64,000 bases of DNA from positions 39,370,001 through 39,434,000 of the forward strand of contig NC_083420.1 of the NCBI RefSeq assembly GCF_020745735.1, given 5' to 3'. Positions 52,199 to 64,000 of this stretch are shown here, piece by piece. This DNA is from Hemiscyllium ocellatum. Taxonomy: Eukaryota. A program made the position numbers and the translations under genes. Numbering within the stretch: the stretch's first letter is position 1; every line of letters begins with the position of its first letter. The notes under the pieces were generated by a model. It did not search any database, was not told the origin of the DNA, and worked only from the letters and a program-made list of their open reading frames with translations.

Positions 52199-53659
52199 CA
52201 TATACATGCCCTAAACTATTGTCAGTGTTGTTTGTTGTACACTGCATTTTGCAAATGTTAAAAGTAGCGATGAATGCTTCAAATCCTGTGCATTACTTTT
52301 TGAATAGTTTGGGGATGTTCTGAGTACACAATGCATGATCCAAATGAAGCTTTGTTTCTATATTATTAGTTTTGAAGCAATAAATTTATGAAATAACCAT
52401 GTAAGGTTGCAAGATCAGAACCTTAGTGAGCCATGTTGATTAGTTCTATTATTGGGAATAATGGCTTCTTTTGATGGACAATATGGTGATACATCTTCCC
52501 TAGGTTAACATTATTTTAATATTCAGACTTACCAGCTTTGGCAGCTGTTTTTCATCTACATACTGTCACTTGGTGAAAATGCATGTCAGTTCGACATTTA
52601 TACTCATGACATCCAGCTGTAGTCCATCAGATTGGAAGATGATGAACAGTGGTGTTCCTTGATCAGTGGTAGCACCTCTATTTTTAATGTATTCTATAAT
52701 TCCAAACTTGGAAGAGTAGGGACACGGTGAGGAAGATATAAATAGACTATAACAGAGGATAGACAGGATACTGGAATGAACAGTTGACAAATTTAATTCA
52801 GTATAGATGTGTGTGGTTTTGTATTTAGTTGCAGAGATGGTGAAAGGCTGTGGTTAGCAGCAGAGTTTTAAGGAGTATGCAGGTACAAGAGAATTGGCAA
52901 GTGGTGATGGTGGGGTTGCAGTTACATGAACTTAACTCTGAAGGTAGCAGGGCATATTGGCAGAGTTGTTAGCAAAACATCTGGACTTCTGGATTTCATA
53001 AATGGGGTCATAGGTACACGAGCAGTGAAGTTTTGCTAAACCTTTATAATATTCTGGTTAGATTTCAACTGAAATGTTATATCTAGTTCTGGTCACCACA
53101 CGTGGAAGAGTGTGATTGTCCTTCAGAAGGTGCAGAGAAGATTTGCCAAAATAATTCAAGAAATGAGGAATCTTTACTATAATGTTGGACTTACAACTTT
53201 GGGTTTGGAACGAAGGAGTTGACTATAACATCTGGATAAGGTTGGCCTCTTAGGCTGAAAATGACAATGGCAGCATCTTGTTTGTCTCGACTGTTCAGAT
53301 TGTTAGATTGTTTATCTAGTAATGAATGAGCAGAAATTTTAGAAAGTTATTATCTTGAATTCCCATTCCCGTTACAGACTCCATTCCTTTGCCATCCAAC
53401 TAGATCCCTCTCTCTGGCAACTATCTGAAGCTGAATGAGATTACTTTGTGACCTTGGTTCATATTTGACCTCAGCGTAACTGTTGTTGAAACCCCGATCT
53501 GTGCTTTTGACCGATTTAGATCTGCCATGCTATGGCTCTAGATGATGCACATTTGACTTCCATACTAAGAATTGAACACAAAGAAATTAAAGCTGATACT
53601 CCAGCACAGTGTTGAGGAAGTGTTGCACTTCAGAGATTTCATCTTTTGGAGGGAAAAAA

Positions 53660-54200
53660 AATACATTTTGTCAAAGCTTTTTGTCTTGCACTGATCAGGA
53701 CAATTTGCATGAAAATCAATTCAAGATGAAAACCAACATTTAAACTGAAGGAGAGGAGAGTGTTGAGTGGGTGCCAAGTGTATTCTGACTTCTAGAGGCA
53801 TTGCCATGCTGTGTGAACCAATTAATGATTGATCTGTCAAGCTTTGTTTAAATTTTAAATCTGTCAGACTGATTCTGATTGGTCAGAGTATTACCTGAAG
53901 AAATGAATCAGAATGGCTGCCCGCTATTTGTTGAGTTTAAACAGGTGCACTGTGTGTTCATGTTCTTTCTGTCAGAATGGGGCCCTGCGTTTTAATATTT
54001 GTGGCTTTCGGTTTACACAAGTGCACCACACTGAGCTTAACTGATGATTTAAATTGATGATCAGCATAATTATTCATATGCTCAGGATTATCCATCAAAT
54101 ATTGCTCAGTTGCAGACTCAAATCTAATATCGGATTCTGAGAGTATTGTAAGCACATGCTGGTTGGGTATGGTCAGTATCTTGTTGAGATTAGCTGAAGG
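53660..54200 (-). mobile_element. Penelope-like element 3' remnant (GIY-YIG end, 3' UTR, decayed hammerhead)
   Basis: SATEQYLMDNPEHMNNYADHQFK...ATNIKTQGPIL resembles the SAIGQHL...EA.YI....P.L end of PLE endonucleases. Confidence 0.72.
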
Positions 54201-55193
54201 GATCTTTTTCATGAGAAAGGTATGACTACCACTCATAGTCAGAGTCATACAGCAAGGAAACAGACCCTTTGGTCAACTTGTCCATGCCAACGAGGTTTCC
54301 TTAACTAAACTAGTTCCATTTTCCTGCATTTGACCCATATCCATGCTAAACATTTCCTATTCATATACCTGCCCAAATTTCTTTTAAATGCTGTAACTTG
54401 CACCTACAATTCATTCCACATATGAACTTCTGTGAAAAAGTTGTCCCTCAGGGTCCCTTTTAAATCTTTCTCTCACCTTAAAAATATGCTCTCTAGTTTT
54501 GAACTCTCTTTGGCTGGGCTGAAAAGTAAGCAGTCTACTTCTGATTACTATTGAAGGTTAAAGTATTTCTCAGGCTTGAACAGGTGAAACTGGCTGTTTT
54601 ATGTTGCTACTATGCAGTAGCAACATGAGTAGCAGTCACCACTAATAGGGTGCTTCTGTCAGACTAAAAGGTGTTCTGCCTATCACATAAATGAGTAATA
54701 TTTTATATGAATTTTAATGTTGCTGTGATACCAGTTACATATGTCCCAAAGACTGATGGATTGTATCAAGCAGCATACCCTTCAGCTGTTCTCAAAAAGC
54801 AAGTTACTAGTGGTACCCATATCACTCCAGCTGTAATGAATTGCTGTAAATGTTACACACAGTTGCACTGTGCCTCCATGTTTTAATTTGCTTTAACACT
54901 TCCTGCCACACTAAACCTCATTATTCCCCAGCTCAACAACTCTTGCACCTCCAAATGTTCTCTCCAGAATCATACAAAATTTGAGGAATAAAATGAAAAT
55001 GCCACAGGGAAGTGTTGGTATAGACCAACTGATTAAAGTATACACTTTCCTATGAAAGAGAGGATAGCAACTGAACAAAAACTCAAGTGGTCTAAAATCT
55101 GAGCCACATATGCCACATTTTTGTTTCTTGGGATGTCACAATGTAAACCTTGCATTTAGATGTAGTAATGACAAGCGTCCCAAATAATACAGT

Positions 55194-55370
55194 TAAAAAT
55201 CACACAACACCAGGTTATAGTCCAACAGGTTTAATTGGAAGCATATTAGCTTTCGGAGCGACGCTCCTTCATCAGGTGATAGTGGAAGGCTTGATGGTAA
55301 CACAGAATTTATAGCAAAAAATTACAGTGTGAAATTATACATTGAAAAATTGATTGTTAAGCCTTTCATG
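55194..55370 (-). mobile_element. Penelope pLTR fragment
   Basis: Same aaaatcacacaacaccaggttatagtccaacaggttt sequence as the arms at 36965 and 13550. Confidence 0.75.
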
Positions 55371-56130
55371 ATATCCTAACCTAACCTAGCCCCATTTGCC
55401 AGCACTTGGCCCATATCCCTCTAAACCCTTCCTATTCATATACCCATCCAGATGCCTTTTAAATGCTATAATTGGACCAGCCTTCACTATTTCCTCTGGC
55501 AGCTCATTTCATACATGCACCACTCACTGTGTGAAAAGGTTGTCCCTTAGGTTCCTTTTATAATCTTTTCCCTCTCACCCTAAACCTATGCCCTCTAATT
55601 CTGGACACCCCTACCCCAGAGAAAAGACCTTGTCTTTTCATCCTATCCATGCCCCTCATGATTTTATAAATCTCAGCCCCCGACGCTCCAGGGCAAATAG
55701 CCCCAGCCTATTCAGCCTCTCCTTGTAGCTCAAATCCTCCAACCTTGCTAGCATCTTTGTTGATCTTTTATGAACCTTTTCAAGTTTTCTAACATCCTTC
55801 CAATAGGAAGCGGACCAGAATTGCATGCAATATTCCAAAAGTGGCCTAACCAATGTCCTGTACAGCCACAACATGACCTCCCAACTCCTTTACTCAATGC
55901 TCTGACCAATAAAGGATAGTTAGTAAGTTTTCAGATGACACAAAAATTGGAATTGTAGTGAACAGCGAAGAAGGTTACCTCAGAGTACAATGGGATCTTG
56001 ATCAGATGGGCCAATGGGCTGAGGAGTGGCAGGCGGAGTTTAATTTAAATAAATGCGAGGTGCTGCATTTTGAAAAAGCAAATCAGAGCAGGACTTAGAC
56101 ACTTAATGGTAAGGTCCTGGGCAGTGTTGC
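55371..56130 (-). mobile_element. CR1 copy with an inverted 5' segment; older CR1 continues to about 57900
   Basis: 55371-55915 is minus-strand CR1 (LVRPLLEYCMQFWS). 55918-56130 is the upstream part of the same element on the plus strand. Confidence 0.82.
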
Positions 56131-59100
56131 AAGTAAAACTTTCAGGCATGATGTCACCTTCATGAAGCCATGCTAACTTTGCTTAGTTATATTATGCATT
56201 TTAAGTGCCCTGCTTTACATTCTTTTATAATAGACTATCACATTTTCCCAGTAACAGATATTAAGCCAACTGGCCTTTGGTTCTTTTTTTTTTAAAACCC
56301 ATTCGCTTTTGAAATAAAGGCAGTTTTCCAATCATCTGAGACTTTTCTGGAATCTAAGGATTCTTGGAAGGTTACTGCCAGCAAATCCACCATCTCCATA
56401 GCTGCTTCCTTTAATGTTCTAGAATGCATCTAATTCGGTCCATTCAACATTGATTATTTTCCCTTGCACCTTTTCTGTAATGGTAGTAATTACCTGTTCT
56501 CCTTTTACCTCTTAATTACTTGGTAATTTTGGAATGATACTTGCATTTTCTACTCTGAAGCTTGATACAAAATATTTATTCAACTGCTCTGCCATTTCCT
56601 GGTTCCACATTATTATTTCCCCAGCCTCGTTCTCTAAGGGACCTATTATCTTGATATTACTTGCAAATTTATCTTTAAAGTTTATCGTCATCATTAATTT
56701 TTTTTGTTGTTTTAAATCATCACCCAGCCCCTGCCTTACCATAAAGGTTTGCCACATTGTTTTCTCTTTCAGTTTGAAGCTATCCTTAACTTCTCTGGTT
56801 AACCACGATTGTTCTATCCCCTTCAACAAGTCCTTCCTCACTGGGACATATATTTGTTTTGAGCCACAAATTATTTTCTTAAATGTCTGTTGTTATACTT
56901 CTACTTCTTTGCTGCTGAACTCCTTTACCAGTCCATTCCGGCCAGTTCTGCTCTCATTACTGTGTAACTGCCCTTACTTAAGCTTAGCACAGTTGTTTCT
57001 TATCCAAGTTCCTCCTTTTCAAACTGAAAGCCTGGTATAATTTAGCAATGTTCAGTGCTTCTGAGAGTATCTTTTACTTTGCCACCAATGATTAAACCTG
57101 TCTCATTGCACATCACCAGATCCAGAATAGCCTGGCTCTTGGTTGGATCCACAACATATTGTTATAGAAACTGTCCCAAATACATCTTATGAATTCTTTC
57201 TCATGGCTATCTCTGCCAATCTGATTTTCCATTCTATATGAAGATTAAAGTGATCCATGATTACGTACTGACTTTGTTAAATACCCTCATTATCTCCTGA
57301 TTTATTTTCTGGCCCTTTCTAGCCACTGTTTGAGGGCCCGTCAGTTACTCCTCCAGGAGTTGCCTTTCCCTTTTTTATTGCTTAACTCCATGAATTCTTC
57401 ATCTTATGATTCAAGATACTTCTTGCAATTGTACTTGTGTCATCCTATGCCAACAATGTTACCTCACTGCCCTTTCCTTCCTGGCTATCCCTTCAAAATG
57501 TCAAAAAACTCTGAGTTTTTATTCCTATTATCCTTTTCCACGTAACCGTGTCTCTATAATGGTTATAAGATTCCCCCAACTCTACTTACTGCTTTTTTTT
57601 ATGTTTGTATACTTTATTGTACTCTGGGTATTGTTATCCTGTAATGCTACTATATTCTCTTGCATTGTATGCCCATATTTTCCTTTTCCAAAGCTTCCTC
57701 CCTTCAATTAGTTTAAAGTCCTCTCTACAGCTCTAGTTATTTTGACACTGTCTGAGTATGATTCAACCGAAACACATCCCGCTGGAAAAGCTTGCTTATA
57801 TTTCGGTATTAGTGCCAGTGCCCCATGAATTAAAACCCATTGAATCCACACCAATCTTTGAGCCATGCATTTAACTTGCTGATTTTACTTACCTTATGTC
57901 AGTTTGCTTGTGGCTCAGGTTGTAACCCAGAGATTATTACCTTAGAGTTCTTATTTCTAATTTAGTTCCTAGTTATTCAAATCTTTAACAGAATCTCGTG
58001 TTTAGTCCTGCCAGTGTTGTTAATACCAATCTTTCCTCCCTCTCTAGATTCCCACTCCAGCTTGGAGATGTCCTTAATCCTTGTGCTGGTCAGGCAGCAC
58101 AAGCTTTAGGAGGATAGGACAAATAACTGCAGATGCTGGAAATCTGAGACAAAAATATAAATTGCTGGAGAAATTCAGCAGGTCTGGCAGCATCTATGGA
58201 AAGAAAGCAGAGTTAACATTTCAAGTCCACTGACCCTTCTTCAGAACCTACCTCTTTGACTACATTTTTGTCACTTACAACTAACTTTTCTCACTTTGCA
58301 AGTCAAAAATTATGTTGAGGGTATGCTCCTGTGAATCACCTTCGGAAGCTGCCACATTTTACGGTGTTAATGATCTTATTTGACCCCAAACTGAGTTCTT
58401 GATTCCAACTTATTTCCATTATAAAAATAATACACCTTTGGCCCTAAATGCAGATTAACTTTTCCTCCTTGACACTGAAATGAGAGAATGCTATCATTAG
58501 TGAGAATGTTTGGCATCCAAAATTAGGAGTCACATTGTCTCTCAAAATCCAAATGTTTGAATTTGCAACCGAATTGAATAATTGAAGAGGAGTCCAATGT
58601 GTATATGAAGGAGAATTGAATTGAAAGATATATTTAAAAAGTTAGATGAGATCAAGCATAATCACACTATAACCAGTTGGGTTATTTGGCCTGTTTCTGT
58701 GCTGTGAATAGTAAGCAATCCTAATAAAGTATAAGAATGAATGTTCTTTGCAAATGGTGAAGAAAGCTTCTTATAATTGATGGACAGCAGGAGGAAACAA
58801 AAATTAATTCCATTCTTCAATTGATATAATTTGTATTAAGTTAAAGAAAGCATGGATAAGAAACACTACAAATAGAATAATAAAACTAGTGGTCAGTGAC
58901 ACCTGAATAATATGTGTAGCTTGGACTGAGGAAATTAATAGTTGCACCGTTTCACAAAGAGTGGACGAAAATACTAGAATTATTGGCAGAAGAGATTAAA
59001 CGTGTGCAATATGCCAATTGGGTTATATTGGCATGCTGACTTCACTAATGTTGACTAATATAAACTTGTATCGATTTATAGTAAATGACTCAGCATGTTT

Positions 59101-59149
59101 CTGATAATAGCAATTAATCTGATTTGTTGTTCTATTTATGTGCATGATC

Positions 59150-59818
59150 ACCAGTCCCTTAAATTAGCATTCAGGTAGATAAATGGTACAGCAGACAAAT
59201 AGGATACTTGCCTTTATTTGCCAAGGCATAGAGTTTAAGAGCAAGGAGGTTATGCTGGAACTGTATGCAATGTTGGTTAGGCCAGAGCTAGAGTAATGTG
59301 TGCATTTTCGCAAATCTACATTAGACAAAGGATGAAGAGTGTGGAGAGGAGAATTAACAGAATGTTGCCTGGTCGAGAGTGTTTAAGGTATGCAGAGAGA
59401 TTGGATAGTTTGGGATGGTTTTCCTTGGAGAAGAGGAATCTGAGGAAGGGGGTGTGATTGAGATGTATAAAATTATGATTGTCTAGATGGGAAGGAAATC
59501 TTTGCTTAATGGAGGGATCAATGACCAGGGCATAAATTTAAGGTACAAGGCAGGAGGTTTAAGGGATGTAAGGAAAAATGTCTTCACACAGAGGGTGCTG
59601 GGAATCTGGGACTCACTGCCTGTGAGGATGTTTGAGGCAGAGAAAGTTTCATAATATATAAGAAGTGTTTAGATATGCACTTGTAATGCCAAGGCAAACA
59701 AGCCTATGGATGAGGTACCAGAAAATGAGATTGGGATAATTAGGAGGTTGTGTTTGACTGGTGTAGAGTTGCTAGGCTGAAAGGACTTTATCTGTGCTGT
59801 AAACCTCTATGACTATAT
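59150..59818 (+). mobile_element. CR1 3' fragment
   Basis: Decayed C-terminal ORF2 and ctctatgactata tail. Confidence 0.75.
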
Positions 59819-59954
59819 AAGTTTTGATAAATATAAACATGAAATTTGCATATTAAGCTGATTTTTTTTATCCTTGCCTTGTCTTTTATTTTGTTAATTT
59901 TTTCTTGTGCTAATTCTCCTTTCATTCTTTTGTTTGTTTTATTTTTTTAAATTA

Positions 59955-61590
59955 GTTGTTCATGGGATTTGAGTATTGCTGGCTATCCCTAAGTAGTGGT
60001 GAGCCTCTTAAAACTATGCTGTTGGTAGGGGAAATAGGTGTATCCAAAGTGCTATTAGTTGAGGGATTTTCAGGTTTTAACCCAGTGAGAGTGACAGAAT
60101 GATGATATCATTCAAAATCAGGATGTTGTGTAACTTAGAGGAACTTGAAGATGGTGGTGTTCCTATGCATTTGCTACCCTTGTAGTTTGTAGAAATTGCA
60201 GGTTTGGAAAGTGCTGTGGAATGAACCTTGGTGGTTTGCTGCAGTGCATCTTCTAGATGATGTACATTTCTGGCATGATGCATCTGAGGTGGAATAAATG
60301 GATGTTTAAAGTGGTGGATCAAGTTGGCTGCTTTGTTCTGGTTTGTTTCAGGCTTCCTTGTCCCTCTTACTCATTTATAACCCGTTCATTGACACTCAGA
60401 TTGGATTCTACAAGAGCAATTCAACTCTTAACCTAATTACAGCCTTGATCCAAACATGGACAAAAGAGCTAAACAACTGAGGAGAGGCGTTGGTGATGCC
60501 CAATTCCAAGCAAGTAGAAACTATTCCACCGGACACCTGACTTATGCCTTTTAAATGGTGGATAGGCTCTAAGAATTTGGAACGTGAGTTATTGGCTGGA
60601 TTCCTAACTTCTGACCTTATGGTCTCATGGGCACAACATTTACATGGCTGGACCTGTTCTGGTCAAGCCCCAGGACGTTTAGAGTATGTATTACCACTGA
60701 GTCTCAATGGGAGACATTTAGATTCTCTCTTGTTCGAGATGGTGAATGCTGGGCATTTGTACGGCATGAGTGTTACTTGCCACTTATCAACCCAAACCTG
60801 GATCTTGTCCAACTCTTACTGAATATGGATGGACTGCTTCAGTATCTAAGAAGTCACAAATGATGCTGAATATTCCAATCATCAGTGAACATCCTCATTT
60901 CTGACCGAATGATCATTGATGAGGCTGTTGAATGAGATTATGCCTAGGTCACTCGAAACATGTGCGATAATGTCCTTGGACTGAGACGATTGACCCCCCC
61001 ATGACTTCAACCAGTGGAGAATTTTCAACATACCATTAACTTCAGTTTTGTTCCTTGATGCCATGTTCGATCAGATGCTGTATTCGTGTCAAGTGCAGTT
61101 ACTTTTGCCTCTCCACTGCTATTTAGCTCTTTGTCCGTGTTTGGATCAAGGCTTTAATTAGGTTAGGAGTTGAATGGCTCTGGCAGAATCCAATCTGACT
61201 ATCAATGAACAAATTATAAATGAGCAAGGGATACAAAAAAAACTGAATTCCAAAGATGAGATAAGAGTGATTGCCCTTGATGTCAAGACCAGGTTTGACT
61301 GGTTGTGGCATCAGGAACCTCTGGCAAAACTGGAGTCGGTGGGAATTGGGGGGGAGCTCTCAACTGACAGAAAGGCAAATGGTTGTGATGATTGGAGATC
61401 AGTCATCTTTGTTCCAGAACATCTGGACAGGAGTTCATCAGGGGTGTGGCCTTTGTCCAAACATGTTCATGCTTCATTAATGATCTTTCCTCCATCATAA
61501 AGTCCAGAAATTGGATCTATTTGGTGATGACTGACTGCACAATGTTCAGCACCATTTGCAACTTCTTTGATACTGAATCAGCCTATGTCA
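59955..61590. mobile_element. Rearranged CR1/L2-clade LINE of a second family (related pieces at about 7020-7480 and 43170-44380)
   Basis: RVIALDVKTRFDWLWHQ RT motif in ORF 61174-61500; segments lie on both strands. Confidence 0.7.
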
Positions 61591-62739
61591 TGAATGAATT
61601 TTTAAAAAATGCTGTTTCTTAGTTGTTCTTCTATGGTTCTCTCTTTTGCTCTTTCTCATTCTCTACATCATTTTTGCTTTGTTCACTTACTTGGCTATTT
61701 TCTTGTCTGTAAGTATTGAATTATGTCACAAGTCCAACCTATTTCTGCTGCCTGGAAGCTGTGATTCTGCGGTATGTCTGCTGAGGATTTTGCACAGTTC
61801 AGTGATATGACTTTGCAAAGTGTAATGGAGAGTTATCCAAGTCTCTGAGCCACAGTCTGCATGCTGCTCTAAGTGGGTAGCTTCTGAGACATACTTCAGT
61901 GCATTGCCACTTATCAGTTGAAGTTAATGGATTGATGATAGCTAGCATGTTGGTCCATTGAAGTTAATGGAGTGATGAACATATGCTAGCTGTTCTATGC
62001 TGTTCTTTTCTGTTTTGTTGGTTGTGTATTATCTAGTATATATGTTCTATTATCAATGTTTCAATGCACTGCGTGGAAGGTCCCATCAACAGGATGACAT
62101 TCAGAAGATCCCAACTATGAAGTAGCGACATTTAGAAAAAGTAATGAATTAAGTAATTAATTAAAAGCAATGAAAGGAAAATAAAATTATGTTGTTAACA
62201 GCTTGGAGATTGAATGGTATCAATCGTTATGAAATTTTCAATATCCATCAGTTGGTAGTTTTAATTTGTGTTTTGTTGTCCTAAGGTGGATTCATATCTT
62301 ATCTTATGTAAAATCAATTATAATTGGGATCTTGGATCAAAGGAGGATTACCTTCTTCCCAGGTCCCCTGCATGCTTGAAATTTAGAAAGTCAATACTTT
62401 CAGGTTATATTGATAGAGGGTATGACATGCAAGCCTGACGTTCTTGTCAGATTTGGTTTGCTTTCCAGCAGTAATCTTTCAAGGATCATTAAAATCTGGT
62501 TAACTGCTCTGGCTTCCACAACAAATATCCTCAACAATCAGTGCAATGTTAGGCCTCGTCTCTTTTGTGTAACTTAGTGCCACACCATACGTTATGAACT
62601 GTTAAAGGTCTTGCTTAAAATCCACAAATTTTAAACATGCTTTTATATCAACAATATGAATTGCTGCATCAGCTTTTCCTATTGAATTTTACTGTACAGT
62701 TCCAAGTTCTGGCCATTAGATGGTCCTGGTCATCAATCA

Positions 62740-63960
62740 GGACATAAAACATAAGGTAGAAAATTTCAAATATTCACAGCCTCTTGATTTGAAAGAGTTC
62801 CTCATCTTATTTCTAAATGACTGACACCTTATACTGAGACATTGACCTGGATTCATCAGACAGGGGAAACATTTTTACTTACATCTGCCCTTACCCAAGC
62901 TCCTTAAGAATTTTACATTTTTCAATTAGATCTAAATTTCAGGGAATAGTGGCCTAGTCTACTCAGCCTCTCCTCCTCATAAGATTCATTCCTCCAGAAT
63001 ATTTGTCCTTTTTCATTAAGGAATCCAAAATGGCACAAAATACTTCACTAGTATCCTGTACTGTTCTCATAAAGGTTTTGTTCTTGGGCCACAACTCCTT
63101 TCTAACAAAAGCCAACATTCCTTTTTTCTTCCAAGTTACTTGCTGCACCAGCATGGTAATTTTGTGATTCACGTACAAGGAAATCCAGGTTTCCCATAAA
63201 CGTCAACATTTCTCATTCTCATTATTCGAAAAAGTTAATTTTTCAAATTGTTTCCAATCAAAGTGGGAAAACATTGCATGATATAGTATTCAATCTGCCG
63301 TGCTCTTGCCCACTCGCCAAACCTGTTCATATCCTCTTTAACCTCCTTGTTCTCCTCATTGATTACTTTACCAACTAATTTTAGCATCAGCAAACTTTAA
63401 TGTGTTAGATTCCATTCCCTGAACAGTTACAGCTGAAGCCCAAGAACTTTCCCTTGTGGGATCTTGCAGTTACAACCTGCCAAGCTAAGAATGTGCTGTT
63501 TATTACTACTTTGTCCATCCATTTACCAATCACGCAAATATAACATTACTAATTCCCCAAATTGTTATTTCGGGTTTAAATATTCCTTTTTGTTTGTATG
63601 ACACCTTATCAATTATGTTTTGAAAACTCAAATATACTACGTCCACTGGCGGTTCTCATATATCCTAATAGTTGTATCCTCAAAAAAGCTCTTAACAGGT
63701 TTGTCAGACACTAATTGCTTTTTATAAATCATGTTGACTCTGCTTAACCATAATATAATTTTCTGTGTGACTTTATCATGTCTCTAATAATTGATTCTAG
63801 TACCTTCCTCCATGTTGATTGGAATTAACGGCCAGTTAGACACATATTTCCTTCCCTTTGTAGAGGGGTTATGTTTGTAACCTTCAAGGATCATTACTCT
63901 GACTTCCTTAGAAAGTTTGGAAGATGAGATCCAAAGCACCCAGTGTCTCTTTTAAAATTC
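62740..63960 (-). mobile_element. Old CR1 fragment
   Basis: gcatcagcaaactt (KFADA) and decayed ORF2 C-terminal motifs. Confidence 0.65.
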
Positions 63961-64000
63961 CAGAGTGCAAATCATCATGTTGTCTCATTAATTTTTCTAG

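Noticed and set aside
28481-64000. Further MAD1L1 exons or a nested gene
   Set aside because: No TPEDLSR-type exon or other recognisable non-repeat coding sequence was found by eye. A short or divergent exon could have been missed.

Overview
Eukaryotic, repeat-dense vertebrate DNA, most likely a shark or other elasmobranch judging by the HE1-type V-SINEs, DeuSINEs, CR1 LINEs and Penelope remnants. It is not prokaryotic. The window holds the NUDT1 <- -> MRM2 -> MAD1L1 cluster in the same order as human 7p22.3. It contains the first coding exon of NUDT1/MTH1 (minus strand, absent from the ORF track), a complete 3-exon MRM2/FTSJ2 (250 aa), and eight MAD1L1 coding exons (986 nt). A MAD1L1 intron then runs from 28481 past the window end. 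Nearly all other ORFs in the track are repeat fragments or noise. The most notable non-gene signal is a set of short Penelope-derived insertions from at least four families, often fold-back palindromes with 10-18 bp target-site duplications, that carry minimal, probably dimer-dependent hammerhead-ribozyme motifs. Other points of interest are a non-autonomous Mutator/Phantom-type DNA transposon keeping a transposase C-terminus, a solo LTR at the axis of a 2-kb Penelope fold-back, and a 5'-inverted CR1 copy with twin-priming geometry. All family and gene calls come from reading the sequence and recalled protein motifs; no database search was run.
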